64,000 nucleotides of DNA, from positions 1,274,329 through 1,338,328 of the forward strand of contig JAWQFM010000005.1 of NCBI GenBank assembly GCA_033442325.1, written 5' to 3'. Under the pieces are notes generated by a model. It was given only the letters and a program-made list of their open reading frames with translations, ran no database searches and was not told the DNA's origin. A program made the position numbers and the translations under genes. Below are positions 19,917 to 46,433 of this stretch, in pieces; position 1 is the stretch's first letter; each line of letters starts with the position of its first letter. This DNA comes from Salpingoeca rosetta (Eukaryota; Protista; Choanoflagellata).

Positions 19917-22900
19917 GCAGCAGCAGCAGCAGCAGCAGCAACTACTGGATCGCAGGAGGAGACGCGAAGCAGAAGAGAACAATGTCGGCAACATTAACGA
20001 GGAGAGCGACATCACAGTCGTGCTTTGCGTCCTGTCTGAGGTGATTCAACGCAACTGCACGGACGCTGCCGAAGCAGAGCAAGCCAGGCAAGCAGGCAAC
20101 CGCATCAAGCTGCAACTTCGCTTCGACGCGGCAGTGCAGCCGCTCACGGCTTCTACGCTGCCAGGCGATGCACAACAACACCTCGCTGACGTCTTGCACC
20201 TCGCCCGTCCAGAGATTGCTGAATTCACAGGCCGCGTGTTCGACGCCGACCTGCACTGGGTTCTCACGACCCCAGGTGTTGCTTGGGGCTCCGTGCGCAA
20301 CATCACCCTTCGTGGCCTCGTGTCATCGACCTTCTCATTTGCCACCCTCAACCCGCTGCCCAACATCACGCAGATCAGCGTTCGTGGCAACCACATTACA
20401 CTCCTCACAAGCGCCAGCACCACCACCACCACCAGCAGCAGCAGCAGCAGCAGCCAGATAACTGACAACAACACCAAAGGCGCAGCAGAGCAGTTTGCTC
20501 ACGCAGCAGCCATCACGGTTGTTGACGTCGGCAATAACGCACTGACCACCGTGGACACAGAAGCATTTACTGGCATGTCATCCCTGTCCCGGCTGCTCCT
20601 CGATGGCAACCAGATCACGCACATCCCCGTGCAAGGCATCACGGGCCACGCACGCGCCGTGCGCACGCTCGTGCTGGACAGAAACCGCATTCGCTCCCTC
20701 GCCGCCGAGCAGTTTGCCAACACACCATTCCTGACCGTCCTCTCCCTCATGCACAACGACATCAGCAGCATGGACCCGGCCGCCTTTTCTCCCCTGTCGC
20801 GCCTGCGCACACTCGACTTGAGCGGAAACCCATTTGACACCCTCCATGCACAGACGCTCCGCCCGCTCACCCGCCTCAGGCACCTGGACCTCAGCAACAC
20901 CGGCCTCACAGCCATGGACGCAGATACACTGCAAGCAACCACCCTCCTCAACACGCTGCTGCTCACCAACGCGCGCTTATCCTCGCTGCCAGAGACTGCG
21001 TTCTCCCACCTCACCAACCTGACCCACCTCGACCTGTCCTCAAACACCATCCAACATGTGTCGTCGCGGCTGCTTGCTGGCGCATCCACGCTGACCTTCC
21101 TCAGCCTCAAGTCCAACGCCATCACCAACGTGCACCAGGACACCTTCGCCGCCCTCACGGCGCTGCGCGAGCTCTACCTGCACCGCAACCAGATCACGCA
21201 GCTGCCGCGAGCCCTGTTTGCCGCACTCTCGCAGCTGCGTGTACTGGAGCTGAGCCACAACCGCATCTCCACAATCCCTTCGTCAGTCTTCAACGCGACA
21301 ACACAGCTGCAGGCGCTCTCCATGCGTGGCAACCACCTCACCACCTTTGACGCCGCCCTGTCCAAGCTCGTGTCCCTTCGCATCGGCAACAACCCGCTGC
21401 GGCGCCTGCCACACCTCCACGCCTTGCCCAGGCTGCAGGCCCTGCGCATCAACAACCACCACATCACCACCATTGACATCGCCACCTTGCTGCCGGCCTT
21501 GAAGCACCTGCACGTGCTGGAGATTGCCGCCAGCGAGGCCATCGCCGACCACGCGCGCCTCATCTTCTCTGCGTCCCCATCCGCACCCTCGCCCGGTGAC
21601 ATGCGCGTCAACGCGTCCCTGCTCGACACGCTGGACGTGCGTGGCATCGCTGTGCAGGAGGAGGTGCTGCACTCGCTCTTTGCGCAGCAGCAGCTCACGC
21701 TCGCCAGCCTGCACGTGGGCTGGCCCGGCATGGACGAGACAACGGCCCCGCTCGCCTCCACCGTGTGCCGTGCGCTTGATCGCGTGGTGCAGGAGATCAC
21801 GCTCACCAACACCGCCTACACGCAGATCGACCTGTGCCCGGGCCATGACCTGGTTGCCGTCGCCATCCCCCGCAACCCGCACCTGCGCAAGCTCACCGTG
21901 CACACGGCGGTGCGGCAGCTCAACCTCACAGGGTGCCCCCACCTGTCGGAGCTCGTGCTTCCGCGTGCGGACGTGCTGGACATGAGCGGCACGTCGCTGC
22001 CATCCACCCCTGCGCTGTGCAGCGAGTGGGGCTCCAGCATCCTGTTTGCGCGCAACCTCCTCAACCCGCGCTTCTTCTCCGAGGAGTCTGAGCAGCGGGA
22101 GGTGCTGCGCCAGTGCCTGGAGACGGCGGATGTGCTCGATCTCAGCGACAACCCGTTTCTCAACAACCCGTCTGCAATTGCTGCCGAGGCCTCGCGCCTC
22201 ACCGTCCTGGATGACCGCCCGCTTGTTGCCGAGGACTTTACGCAGCTGGCGTTCCGGTCCACCACACCGCTGCTCACCATGCAGCACACGCCCGTCACGT
22301 GCGGCCTGGACCTGCGCACGATCCGCGCCCGCGTCGCCTCAGACCCGCACGAGCTGCTGTCGTCCCAGCTGGCCTACCTCTTCATCTGCTCCTGCGCCGG
22401 CGGCTACGAACTTGAGGGAGGCCGCTGCCGTGCCGTCAAGCCCCCCATTGCCGCCGTGGTGGCCGGGTCTGTGGGCGCACTGCTGGTGCTGCAGGTGCTG
22501 GCGCTGCTTGTGTACCGCTGGTGCCGCCGCCACCGCCGCCTGCGTGAGGAGCACGAGCTGCACGTGCAGCTGCTCTCGGAGCGGGAGGCAGAGGTGATGG
22601 CGCTCAAGGCCGGGTGGGCCATTGAGTATGAGGAGCTCAGGCTGCAGGCGTGCGTTGCCAGCGGTGCGTATGGGGATGTGTGGCGCGCCAAGTGGGACGG
22701 CGTGGAGGTGGCGGTGAAGGTGCTGAAGCAGGCTGTGATGGCGTTTGATGAGGCAACCATCGCCGAGTTTGAGAAGGAGGTGGACTTTCTGCAACGCACC
22801 CGCCACCCGCACGTGGTTCGCTTCTTCGGCGCAGGCACAGACCCCAACGGCAGCCCGTTCCTGGTGCTGGAGTATGTCTCCGTGGGCTCCCTGCGCACGC

Positions 22901-24240
22901 TCCTGCAGCAGGACCTGGCCTCCGTCATCGCCTCCTGTGGGGAGGACTGTGTGCCGAGCGATGGTGGACGCAGTACAAGCGATGAGCTTGGTGAGAGTGG
23001 TGAGCGTGGTGAGCGTGGTGGCGCTCACCAAGCTGGCAGTGTTGCCGATGACTGCGGTGAGCGCTGTGCGCTGTCGGTGTACCAGCTCAAGTGCCGCCTT
23101 GCCGGCGATGTGGCGAGCGGCATGGCGTTTATTCATTCCCTGGGTCAATTGCACAGGTCAGATTGCACAGCCGGGAGGGGTTATTGTTGGGTGGAGTTCA
23201 CCCCCGGCCTCCGCCCGCGCGCGCGCGCGCGTGTGTCTGTGTGGTGTGTGTGTGTGTGTGTCTGTGTGGTGTGTGTGTCTGTGTCTGTGTACCTGTGTGT
23301 CTGTGTGTGTGGGTACCTGTGTGTGTCTGTGCGCGAGAACGCGTGGATGTAGGAATCAAAGGCAATGCAGTAGTGTGTCTGTGCTCTGTTGTTATCCCGC
23401 CTCATCATAACCATCATCACCATCTCATCATAACCATCATCATCACCACCTTCACCCTCGTCATCGCCACCACCACGTTTCGGCGCCATGCACATGCAGG
23501 GATTTGAAGAGCGGAAATGTGCTGGTGTCGGACCGGTTGCGTGCCAAGATTACGGACTTTGGCACGATCCGCACACACTTCTCCGGCGGCAGAGAGGCGA
23601 AGCCGCAAGCGCGCGATGACACCAGGCGTGACGGTGAGAACGAAGGAGACGAGGCGTCGTTGTCGCTCACAACAGGCGTTGGCACGCCGCTGTACATGGC
23701 GCCCGAGGCGCTGGCTGGTGGCCAGTACGACCAGCGCGCGGACGTGTTCAGCTTTGGTGTTCTCATGTGGGAGCTGGCGACGCAGCAGGTGCCCGATCTC
23801 ATCCGGCAGGAGAAGGGCGAGGGATACCGTGGACCAACGCTCTCCACGCTGCTTCAGCTCCTCAACGATGGCGCTCGCCTTCGCTTCCCCACGGACAGAG
23901 GTGTGTTTGTTCGTGCGGTTGTTTGGTTGTTTTAGCTGGTTGGTTGATGTGTTCGTGAGTCTGCGCGGCTGTGGTTGCTTGCTCGCGTTGTTTGTTTGCT
24001 TGCTTGCTTGTTAGTTGTTTGTTTGGTTGCTTGTTAGTTGGCTTGCTTGCTTTCCTGTCTGTGATGAAGGCGTGTTCGCGTTGCTCTCATTTGGCTACCA
24101 CCCAATGCTGTCCGATTGGTTTGGCAGAGATGCATGTGCCCGACTCCTTTGTTGACATTGCGCAGGCGTGCATGGCCCAGTCGCCAGCGGAGCGCCCATC
24201 GTTCCAGGAGCTCCAGACGCGCTGCAAGCGTCTCTCCTGA
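19477..24240 (+). CDS. Leucine-rich-repeat receptor kinase, TKL group (exons 19477-23156, 23500-23900, 24128-24240)
   Basis: Signal peptide; polyQ; many LxxLxLxxNxIxxL repeats; EGF-like CSCAGGYELEGGRC; TM IAAVVAGSVGALLVLQVLALLVY; kinase ASGAYG, VAVK, alphaC Glu, HR|DLKSGN (joined across the intron), DFG, GTPLYMAPE, DVFSFGV, ERPSF. Confidence 0.95.
19768..19941 (+). repeat. Coding (CAA/CAG)n: Q36-LK-Q20
   Basis: Counted in frame in exon 1 of the LRR kinase. Confidence 0.95.
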
Positions 24241-24316
24241 CTCATGCAAACGCACACGTCCATGCAAGCGCACATGCGTGCTATCAAAGATAGATGTGGG
24301 GGGAGAGAGAGAGAGA

Positions 24317-24353
<37 letters not shown>

Positions 24354-24599
24354 CGTGTGGGTGTGTGTGTGTGGGTGGGTGGGTGGGTGGGTGGGTGTGG
24401 GTGAGCGAGAGAGAGACGCATTAGTTCAGCACCACATAATAAACGACGAATCAACAAACCCAACATGAAGCATATTGCTACCTGTATGTGGAAACTTTTC
24501 AATGATTTTATTACATTAATTAATTTTCAAGCCAAAACAACACAAAAACAAAACAAACAACAACAAAACAAAGACAGCTCTTCTTTGTTGTGTTTCACG

Positions 24600-25985
24600 A
24601 TGCTCCTCCACGCCCTCGGTGGCCCTCACACCGTTGCTGTGCTGGCTGTCGTTGCTGTTGTCGCTGCTGGCACTGCTCCTGCGCATGCCAGTGGCATTGA
24701 TGACGGAAATGGCAATGACACGAACCCTTGTGACCCAGGCTTTCACCTCGTCAACGACGCCTGTCAAGGTGAATCCTCAGTGCATGGTCGCGTTTTACTG
24801 TGTGTGGTGTAGTGGTGGTTGTGTGTGTGTGTGTGTGCGCGCGCTATGTTGTGTTTGTGCGCGCGCGCTATGTTGTGTTTGTGTGTGTGTGTGTGGGGGG
24901 GGGTGTTGAGCCATGTCTCCCAAGGCCTCCTCCTTGGCACATCCAAGCATCGACTCCTGTGTACTGTGAGTCGTTCAGCAGCTCAACAGCTCAACAGCGC
25001 TCTCAATCACACGCCTTGACTCAAAACAAACTTTCATCCACACTGCTTGGCTATCAGACGTCAACGAGTGCGTGCTCAGTGTGACGGGAGAAATCACACC
25101 GCCTGTGTGCGACCCCCGCACCGTGTGCACCAACACAATGGGCTCCTTCGAGTGCGGTCCGTGCCCTGTCAACTTTCAGGGTGACGGCAAAACAGGCTGC
25201 GTCCGGGAGCCATCCTTGGACGTGGTGGATGGTAGCCTCATCTTCCATCTCGATGACACACACGACCTCGCTGTTCGAGCCATCTCGGCAAACGGGGAGA
25301 AGACCACTTCCCTCCGCTCCGCCGTCAGCGCAGCCCTTGCCAACACTGAGGTTTGTTGCCCAACATCGTATGCATCTATCTGCGTGCCTGCCTTCCACCG
25401 CTCCTTTTTGGAGGCGCAAGCTGAGCATGTCCTGCGACAAACTGGAGACACAAACAAACATGCACATGCACACCTGACCCTGACCTGCGGGATTTTGCAC
25501 CATTGTAACAGCCTGCACACTGAGCACCACCTCCTCACGCCTCTCAACCTCACCACCTGTGCTTCGTTCCCCTTGTGCAGGAGCTGTCTTCGACAAAGGT
25601 CAGCGTGCAGGTGTCACTCGAGACGCTCTCAACCCACGTTTCCAACACGGTGAGTGTGTATCAATTCTCAACGTGTGTGTGTGTGTGTGTGTGTGTGTTT
25701 TGCAGTGCAACAGGGAACTAGTGGTCCAAGACTGACGTCGTACTCACGCTATACGCTGTTCACGCTGCACTTGACTTGCTGCACTGCAATGTGCTCCTGC
25801 AGGTGGAGGATTTCGGTGTCCAGCAAAGCACTCTGTCCACCGAACTTGGCACCGTCAGCCAGGCCGTCGCATGTACGTGCGGTTGTTGCTGCAGAGCAGA
25901 GCGCATGCGTGAACTCCCCCCCCGCTGCTGTTTTTGATGTCGCGAAAGCGCGCACGCTTGTGTGTGCACGTGTGTGCACGTGTGT

Positions 25986-26037
<52 letters not shown>

Positions 26038-26365
26038 TCTTTCTCCTTGCTTTGTTTCTCATGCTGATCCAACACACACACACACACACACACACACACC
26101 ACGAACATCAACCAACGGCCTATCCCGTGTATCTTGATCACCACAGTGGTCACAAACGACTTTGAGGACGCCGCACTCAAGCTGAGCAACGTGTCTGATA
26201 AGGCGGATACCGGGCACGCTCTTGCTTATGCTCTCCAAGAGGAGATTCTGGGGCTGACAAGCCGGCTCAACAACACGGACTCTGAAGTCCAGGAGGCTTT
26301 GACCCTGATTTCAGAACTCGATCAGCGCGTGGGGTCAGTCGCACATGTTGTGTGTGCGTGCGTGC

Positions 26366-26403
<38 letters not shown>

Positions 26404-28073
26404 GCGTGTGTGCGTGTGTGTGTGTCTGTCTGTCTGTCTGTCTGTCTATCTGTCTGTGAACTGGTGTACAGCTCTGTCCGTATGTCAGGCCGGTGTTGCT
26501 GTTTGTGTGAGCCTGCAGTGACCAGTAACACATCTGTGGGCGCGCTGTTGTTTCGCCTTGCTCGTTTTGCCTGGCGCTCAGAGATGCGGATGACTCGCTG
26601 GAGATGTCCGTCATTTCCCTAATGCTTGAGCTCTCCCACACCAAAGCACAGCTGAGCAGTGTGCAAGCGTGCGCTCTCGCTGGCAAGGTACGCCATGCCG
26701 CGGTGTTGCATGTGTGTGTGTGTCATGCTTGCCTAACTGCATGCAGGGCAAAGGGGTTTCTTCCTTTTTGCACCTCACACATACACACACATGCAACACA
26801 GGTGTACGATGGTGGCCAATGCGTCCCAGTTTGCCCCCATCTTGGCTCTTGTTCAGACACGACCTGCAATGCCGCAAGCAAGGGCACGGTCCGCTTCGTC
26901 AATGGTGGGTTCCTGTGGGTGATTGGTTGACGGATGGATGGATGGATGGATGGATGGATGGATGGATGGATGGAAGATGAGTTATGTTAATGGGTTGATA
27001 AAGATTGGTCGTTCACGTTGATTGATTGGTTTGTTGAGGTGTTGCACTTGCGCCGTTTTCGTTGTTTGTGAATGTGTGTGAGTGTGTGTGTGTTTGTAAG
27101 TGAGTGTGTGCACGTCGCCTTTGCTGACTTGATTATCGCACAGCATGTTGACCCCCTTTGTTGCCTTGTGCAGACGTTGCGCAGGTGTGCGATGGCAACG
27201 ACTTTACGCAAATTGGCGCCACCACCACCGGCATCTCACCTGTTGATCCGGCCGAATCGTGCCAGGAGGTACTTATTCCTTTGCAGCTTGCTTGCAGGCA
27301 CGCGTCCCGGCAACACCCGCGCCGATAGTTGGCCTGTGCTTCACTCTGCGCATGCATGCGGTGTGTATGTGTGCTTGTGTCTTTCCACGATGATGACGTG
27401 ACGATGTATTCCGTGTTGGCTTTGTTGCGCGCAGTTAAAGGATCTCGGCTACGTCACTGGCGTGTACTATATTGGGTCCGGTACACAAGGACACACGCGG
27501 CTGTGTGACCTGTCTGGTGAAACTGGCGTGGACCTTGGTGGTGACGGCACGAGTGAAGAAGACGCCTCCCGCGATTGCTCGTAAGCGTGTTCGACTCGCT
27601 TCCGCATGATGCGCAGCACCAGCACCAGCACAGACCATGTGCAGACCACCCACATACCACAGCACTGTTGAAATGCAAAACCACTGCCTGCCCCACTCAC
27701 ACACTGTTTGGCCTGCTTGCTTGCACGGCAACCTTTGCAGGCGGTTGTCCAAGTACTTTGGTCTGGACACTGGCGTGTACTGGCTCGATGTGAGTGCAAC
27801 GTTCTGACAGGCTCTCCTGCCCGTGTGACGTCTTAATGCGCACGTCGCTTGCATACTATTACATTAGATGATGGCGCCACGCTGGTCTGCTTGTTTGCCC
27901 GCCATCTTACAGTCCTGTCTTGCCGCTGTGGGGTTTTGGTTCTCTTTGCTTGTACAGATTGACGGCATCGTGCAGCGGTGGGAGTGCGACACAAAAACTG
28001 GTGCTCTCACTCCAGATGGCTCCTCTGTTGATCTTGCCGCAGACTCTTGCGACTCAATCTACAACCTGTACGT

Positions 28074-28110
<37 letters not shown>

Positions 28111-29581
28111 TGTCTGTGTCTGTCTGTGTATCTACCACGGCACGCGTGAGCGAGATGCTGATCCCAGCGATGCTGCTTGTCTCTTTGTCTGTACGCATTC
28201 ATCTCATCTGCTGTTGCAAAACCCAGTTATCCGGATCGCGCCGACGGCGTTCGCTGGATCACTGCTGGGCTCCAAACGCCTTTCAAGGTCCTGCGCAAAC
28301 GATGTGCAACGCCCACCTTCTGCCCCAAAGACATTATTGTCTTGTCCCGACTCACCGTTGTCGTTGTTATGGGTTTTCCTCTCTTCCTCTCCTCCTCTCT
28401 TCCTCTCTTGCTGTGCAAACAAAACGGGCTTATTAGCACCCAGTGTGTCTCGTCGCCTTGTCCTTTTACTCTCTCGTTTTCGATCGGCAAACGAGCCCTC
28501 ACATATTGTCTGCTTGGCATTCATGTGCCACTTCACTTTGCGGTTCGCCACAGGTGGACTGCGACCAGGGCTGGGTGAAGCTCAAGGTGTCGGGGAGCGA
28601 GTTTGCAGACAATGCGTGGATGTTCTCGTACTCGACGACCAACGAATGGAGCAAGTGCGGCTGTGGTGGCTGCTGTTCCGGCTCCCTGGAGAGCATCCTT
28701 GAGGTGAGGTTCATGGACAAGTCATGAGGAATGCGTCGCCACACGCCTGTGTGCTTGCGTGCTTCTCTGATTCGTGGTTGCGTACCTCGCTAGTCAGCTC
28801 TTTGCTGCCACGCTCCTTGCTAGCCTGCCTGCGCAGTTGCTTGTTTGCGTGGCTGGCTGTTTGCACGCACACCATCAGCCCGCTCATGTTTCGCCATCTG
28901 CACCTGGGCTGCGCCTGCCACAAATGTCCTGTTCGTCACGCTCTTCTCGATCTCCGTGCAGAACCCACGTGGGAGCTGGAGGGACGGCGTGGTGAAATCA
29001 GATCAGAATTACCGGTACGCGTGCGAGTTTTACTTTGACATTACGTACACGAGTGCCGGCGCGACGCTGAGCTCAGCCCAAGTGCTCGCCCTGACCAGCA
29101 ATGCAAAGGATCCTGCCGACAGAAACTTTGACGTACGATTACGACTGGTGGTTGAGGTGGTTTTGCGAACGTATTGGTTGCATTGCTTATGTTGTTGTTC
29201 TTACTGCTTGGCTTCGAGTGTTCGCAGCTTTCTGAATGTCCCCCCACTGTTTCGCGCTCGCACTCACGGTTTTGTGTGTGCATGTGCGTACATGTGTGTG
29301 CGCGTCGTGTGCAGATGTACACGGGTTCGTGCGATGATGATGGCGGCTCGTATTCGAACGACAGGGCCGGCCACTGGGTGGGCATTCAGGAGCACGTGGG
29401 CAGCGGCCCTTACGCTGTGAGTGACTGCACCTCTGGCAACAACGGCTGCTGTCGCCAGAACGTGGGCAACAACTTCGACACGTTCCCGCTCCCCATCCGC
29501 GCCTGTGCGTCCATCAACACCGGTGGCGGCGTTGTTCTCTGGTTCACAACGTCGGACCTGCGCCTCCGCGCCCGCGTCTGA
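24600..29581 (+). CDS. Secreted protein: Ca-EGF, beta-rich segment, coiled coil, three COLFI/fibrinogen N-terminal-type repeats, divergent COLFI-like C-terminus
   Basis: Signal [21 protein letters not shown]; [36 protein letters not shown]; heptads [32 protein letters not shown]; repeats [83 protein letters not shown]; ends LPIRAC..RARV*. The exon phases I checked in the 3' half are consistent. Confidence 0.8.
26932..26972. repeat. (GGAT)n repeat, intronic
   Basis: Direct reading. Confidence 0.9.
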
Positions 29582-30383
29582 TACGCCCGTGCTCTCTGTG
29601 TGTGTCTGTGTGTGTCTGTGTCTGTGTCTGTGTCTGTGTCTGTGTCTGCTTGTCTGTCTGCTTGTCTGTCTCTGTCTGCCTATCTGTCTGCCTGTTTGTC
29701 TGTGTTTTTTTTTTTGTACGACGGCCCTTTGCGCGTGCCTGCAGGCACCGCTTCTTCCTCCGTGTCCGTGTTGTTGCCCCCCTTTTATAACGAAGACTCT
29801 ACCGGGACCCACTTTTCTCTTAACATAGCAGCGCCCTGTTTCCAACGCCAACGTTGATCACTTTCATTCATGTCTTTTCTTTGCTGTTTTCCTGCACTCT
29901 TCTTCTTCATTTGTTCCGTTGCGTTACAGCTCTCTCCGACAATACAGCGTGTTTGCCCACCTTTACATGTTGCCTGCAGGGTACATTGGTGTGAATCAAC
30001 AATGACACGACCCAACTGACATGATTAGCAGGCCGCTTTCTTTTTCCTTATTTTGCTTCCGTTCATTGTTTTCCTTCCAAGGTTTTGTTGCCTGGCTGGT
30101 GACCTGGTTGTTTGTGTTTGTGCGCGACTCTTCCGTTCCCAGCATGGCCCGGTCTCCGCTTTTCACGACACCGTAAAGCTGTAAAGACAACAGCCGGGGG
30201 GACCGACAAACAAACAAGAGCAAGAGTAGAGAGAGCAGAAAGGCAGACCGCTGAGGTTGAGATGTTGACCGCTGACACTCTCTCGTATGCCTATGCAGAT
30301 GGAGACAGATAGAGAGATGGACTCGCAGATACAGAGATGGACTCACAGATAGACTGATAGACCCATAGACCCCCCCCCCCCGC

Positions 30384-30499
<116 letters not shown>

Positions 30500-30681
30500 T
30501 CGAAAAGTGCGCGGCGTGAAGTGTGACAAAATTTAGTGGTGTCGCACAGCCGCTCTCCTCTCCACACGCACTTTTGTTGTTTGTGTCTGCTGCTGCCACC
30601 ACCACCACACCCGAGCAAGCGAGCCAGCAGCATCAACCAACACCTCAGCACCAGCAGCACTGCAGCACTGCAACACCGGGG

Positions 30682-43379
<12,698 letters not shown>

Positions 43380-43579
43380 GCCACCACTACCAATTGCACC
43401 GACACCGCTGGGTTTCACCTCAGCCACTGCTGGTTGTTGTCTGTGTTGCTTTGCTGGTGTCCGCCCGAGTGACTGTTGCATTGTTGTTGTTTCCTTCGCC
43501 GCCTTCTCCTTGCTTGTTCATTCTCCAGCCAGCAGTAGCTGGTCCCCCCTCTTTTCCTTCCCTTAGCAGTCCATCGCCA

Positions 43580-43797
<218 letters not shown>

Positions 43798-43926
43798 ATC
43801 CCCACACTCTTGCTGTTACGGAATAGTTGCGAAATCTTTTACCAATTTTCGACCGGCAGCGGAAGAAGAGACAACACCCTTCTCACTGCACACCTTCGCT
43901 GCACACGTTGCTTGGCTTCTGTGGTG

Positions 43927-46388
43927 ATGACGGGGAAGAAGGCCCGGTGCCTCCAGTGCCCCACACCAGCATCTCGCGAGACGGAGGAGATTGCCCTCGA
44001 GGACGTGGCTTTTGGACCCCTGCGAAAAGTGGGTTGCCAGCTGTCGCCATGTCCGCACCTCGTACACACCACAGTCAAGACACCACAAATCAAATGCACG
44101 TTTCACGTCAGCGTGCGCGTTGCATGAAACAACTCACACTGCATGCCCGCTGCATGGCTTGCAGAAAGAGAACGGACATCTGTACTATGCAACCGCTGCT
44201 CTGCCGGGAGGCCCGCGGCTTCGTGTTGGGGTGCGTCTCACACGCCTTGTGTACGTGTGAGTGTGAGAGCTTATTTGAGCTTGTGCGAGCGCGCGTGAGC
44301 AGTGGCGGCAAACTTCGGTGGGATCGGGCGTTGGCGTTGTTGGGGAAAGGCATGGCAGCTCCCGCACACATAGCTCGCCAGTGACGCTTTGGAACTATCA
44401 ACAATGGGTTCTCCTTTGCTCCCTTCCCGTTGTCACTGCAGGAAGTGACGCTGATTCCGTTTCAAGAAGAAGGCCTTGGAGTGCCAACAGCAGCATCGAA
44501 CAACGTGCGTGGTGAATGGTGGACTGTGGAGTGCGGTGCATACTTGTGCGTATGTGCGTGGGTGCGTACTTGCGTATGTGCGTACTTGCGTGTGCGTGTT
44601 TGTGTGCGTTTGTGCATGTTTGTGTGTTTGTGTGCGTGTGCGGGATACTCACCGTGATAGCCACCCCTTTGTGCCCGACCCGTTTGTCTGCATGATACCT
44701 GTGCTGGTTGCGTAGGATTTACTGGCCGATGAGGCCCTGGCCGAGATTCACAGCATGTGGTATTGCAAGAAGAATCGCATGCCATACGCAGAGGTGTGTG
44801 CGTGCTTCTTGCTCTTGTGCAGTGATGTGGTAGCTGTGACGACGTACATGCTGCCGCGTGCACAGCCTGCTGCCTTTCTGCTCATGAGAGGTGTTTTGCT
44901 CTCGTGCGGCTTGAACAAACCCCAGGTTCGCTGGTACTTTCGACCCGAGGAGCTGGAAGAGGCAACTGGACGTAAGTCGACATGCATTACATGCGCAAAC
45001 GAGTTGGTAGTGTTGCTATTGGCTTGCTTGCCACGCGTCAGACAGACCTTTTATTGTGCGTCTCACTTCACGCTTTCCTTTCATCATTGCCTTTGTCTGC
45101 CATTGGTCTTCGTCGTCGTCGTCGTCACGCGCACACACACGCACACACAATCACGCACACACACGCACACACAGCTCGTCCGCCAGCCCACCACATGATC
45201 AAAGGGTATCAGACCCCACAAGCGCAACTGCACCTGTCTGAGTGCTGATGCACGTGTGTGTCTTTGCATTTGTGTGTGTGTGTGTGTCCTTGAAGCTCAC
45301 TGCCGCCCATCTCTGTTTTGCTGGATGTGTGTGTGTGTGTGTGTGTGTGCGTGTGCGTGTGCGTGTGCTCCCTCATACAGCAACGTCTATGATGAAATCC
45401 CACTGCACTGCTGCCGAGCAGCGTGAGTGATGTCGCAAACTTGTTCTCCTGCATTGTGTTTGCGCCTGTGCTGTGTATGAACGATGTTGTGTGAGTGTGC
45501 GAACGTGCATGAGAGCGTGCCGAAGCCTGCGTCCATGTGATTGTGGTTGCGTGTGGGGTCTCATCTGACGCTGTGTGTGTGTGTGTGTGTATGTGTGTGC
45601 ATTGGTTGCATGCAGGTGCGAGTTGAAGAGAAAGGTGGTGCCTCGAGCCACACTGAAGGAGCGAGGGCAACGCCAGGTTTGTGCTCTCTGTCTGTTTGCT
45701 CGCTGTCTTCTGCCACGCTTCCTTTGGACGCCTGTGCGAACATCGCCCCTAGCATTGGATGTTTCTTCGTCGCGCCCAAATATCACACACACACACACGC
45801 ACGCACACACGCATGCACGTGCGTGCACACCGTAGCTCGTGTCGAGTATGTATTTGGACAAGAACGACCATCTTCGCCCCATGCAGAAATGTGAGAATGA
45901 TGATGTTTGTGTGTGCACGCGTGGGCATAATGTTTGTGCATGTGTGTGTGTGCATGTATGTGTGTGTGCATGTGCATGTATGTGTGTGTTGTTACTGTTG
46001 TTGGTGTTGTTGGTGTTTGAGTGAGAGGAATTGCATCTTCTCCAGCTGAAGTATGCCAGCACCTCCATGCTCACGTGCGTACATGTCACCTCCAACCTGC
46101 ACCGCCCCATACATATACGGCGCGGACGGCGTTGCAGATGAGTTCCTGCTCTGTCCGACGGTGGAAGTGCTTGAAGAGGAGCAGCGGAAGAGCAACACAC
46201 CGCGGCGGGCGCGGGCTCACCGATCACGATGTACGGACTGATGCATGCAAGGGGGTGATGCCACTGTGGTTCGTGGAACTTGCCTCTCTCCCCCTCACTA
46301 TCTCATACTTCCGCCTATAATTTGTCCCTTACTTCATCACGCCACACACATGACCTAAAACACACACACACACGTACACACACACACA

Positions 46389-46433
<45 letters not shown>

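Noticed and set aside
22990-23019. GESGERGERG Gly-X-Y-like run in the kinase
   Set aside because: Only three triplets from a 9-bp tandem repeat in a cytoplasmic kinase insert; too short for a collagen helix.
22600-24240. Receptor tyrosine kinase call
   Set aside because: The catalytic loop is HRDLKSGN and the P+1 loop is GTPLYMAPE, both TKL-like rather than TK-like.
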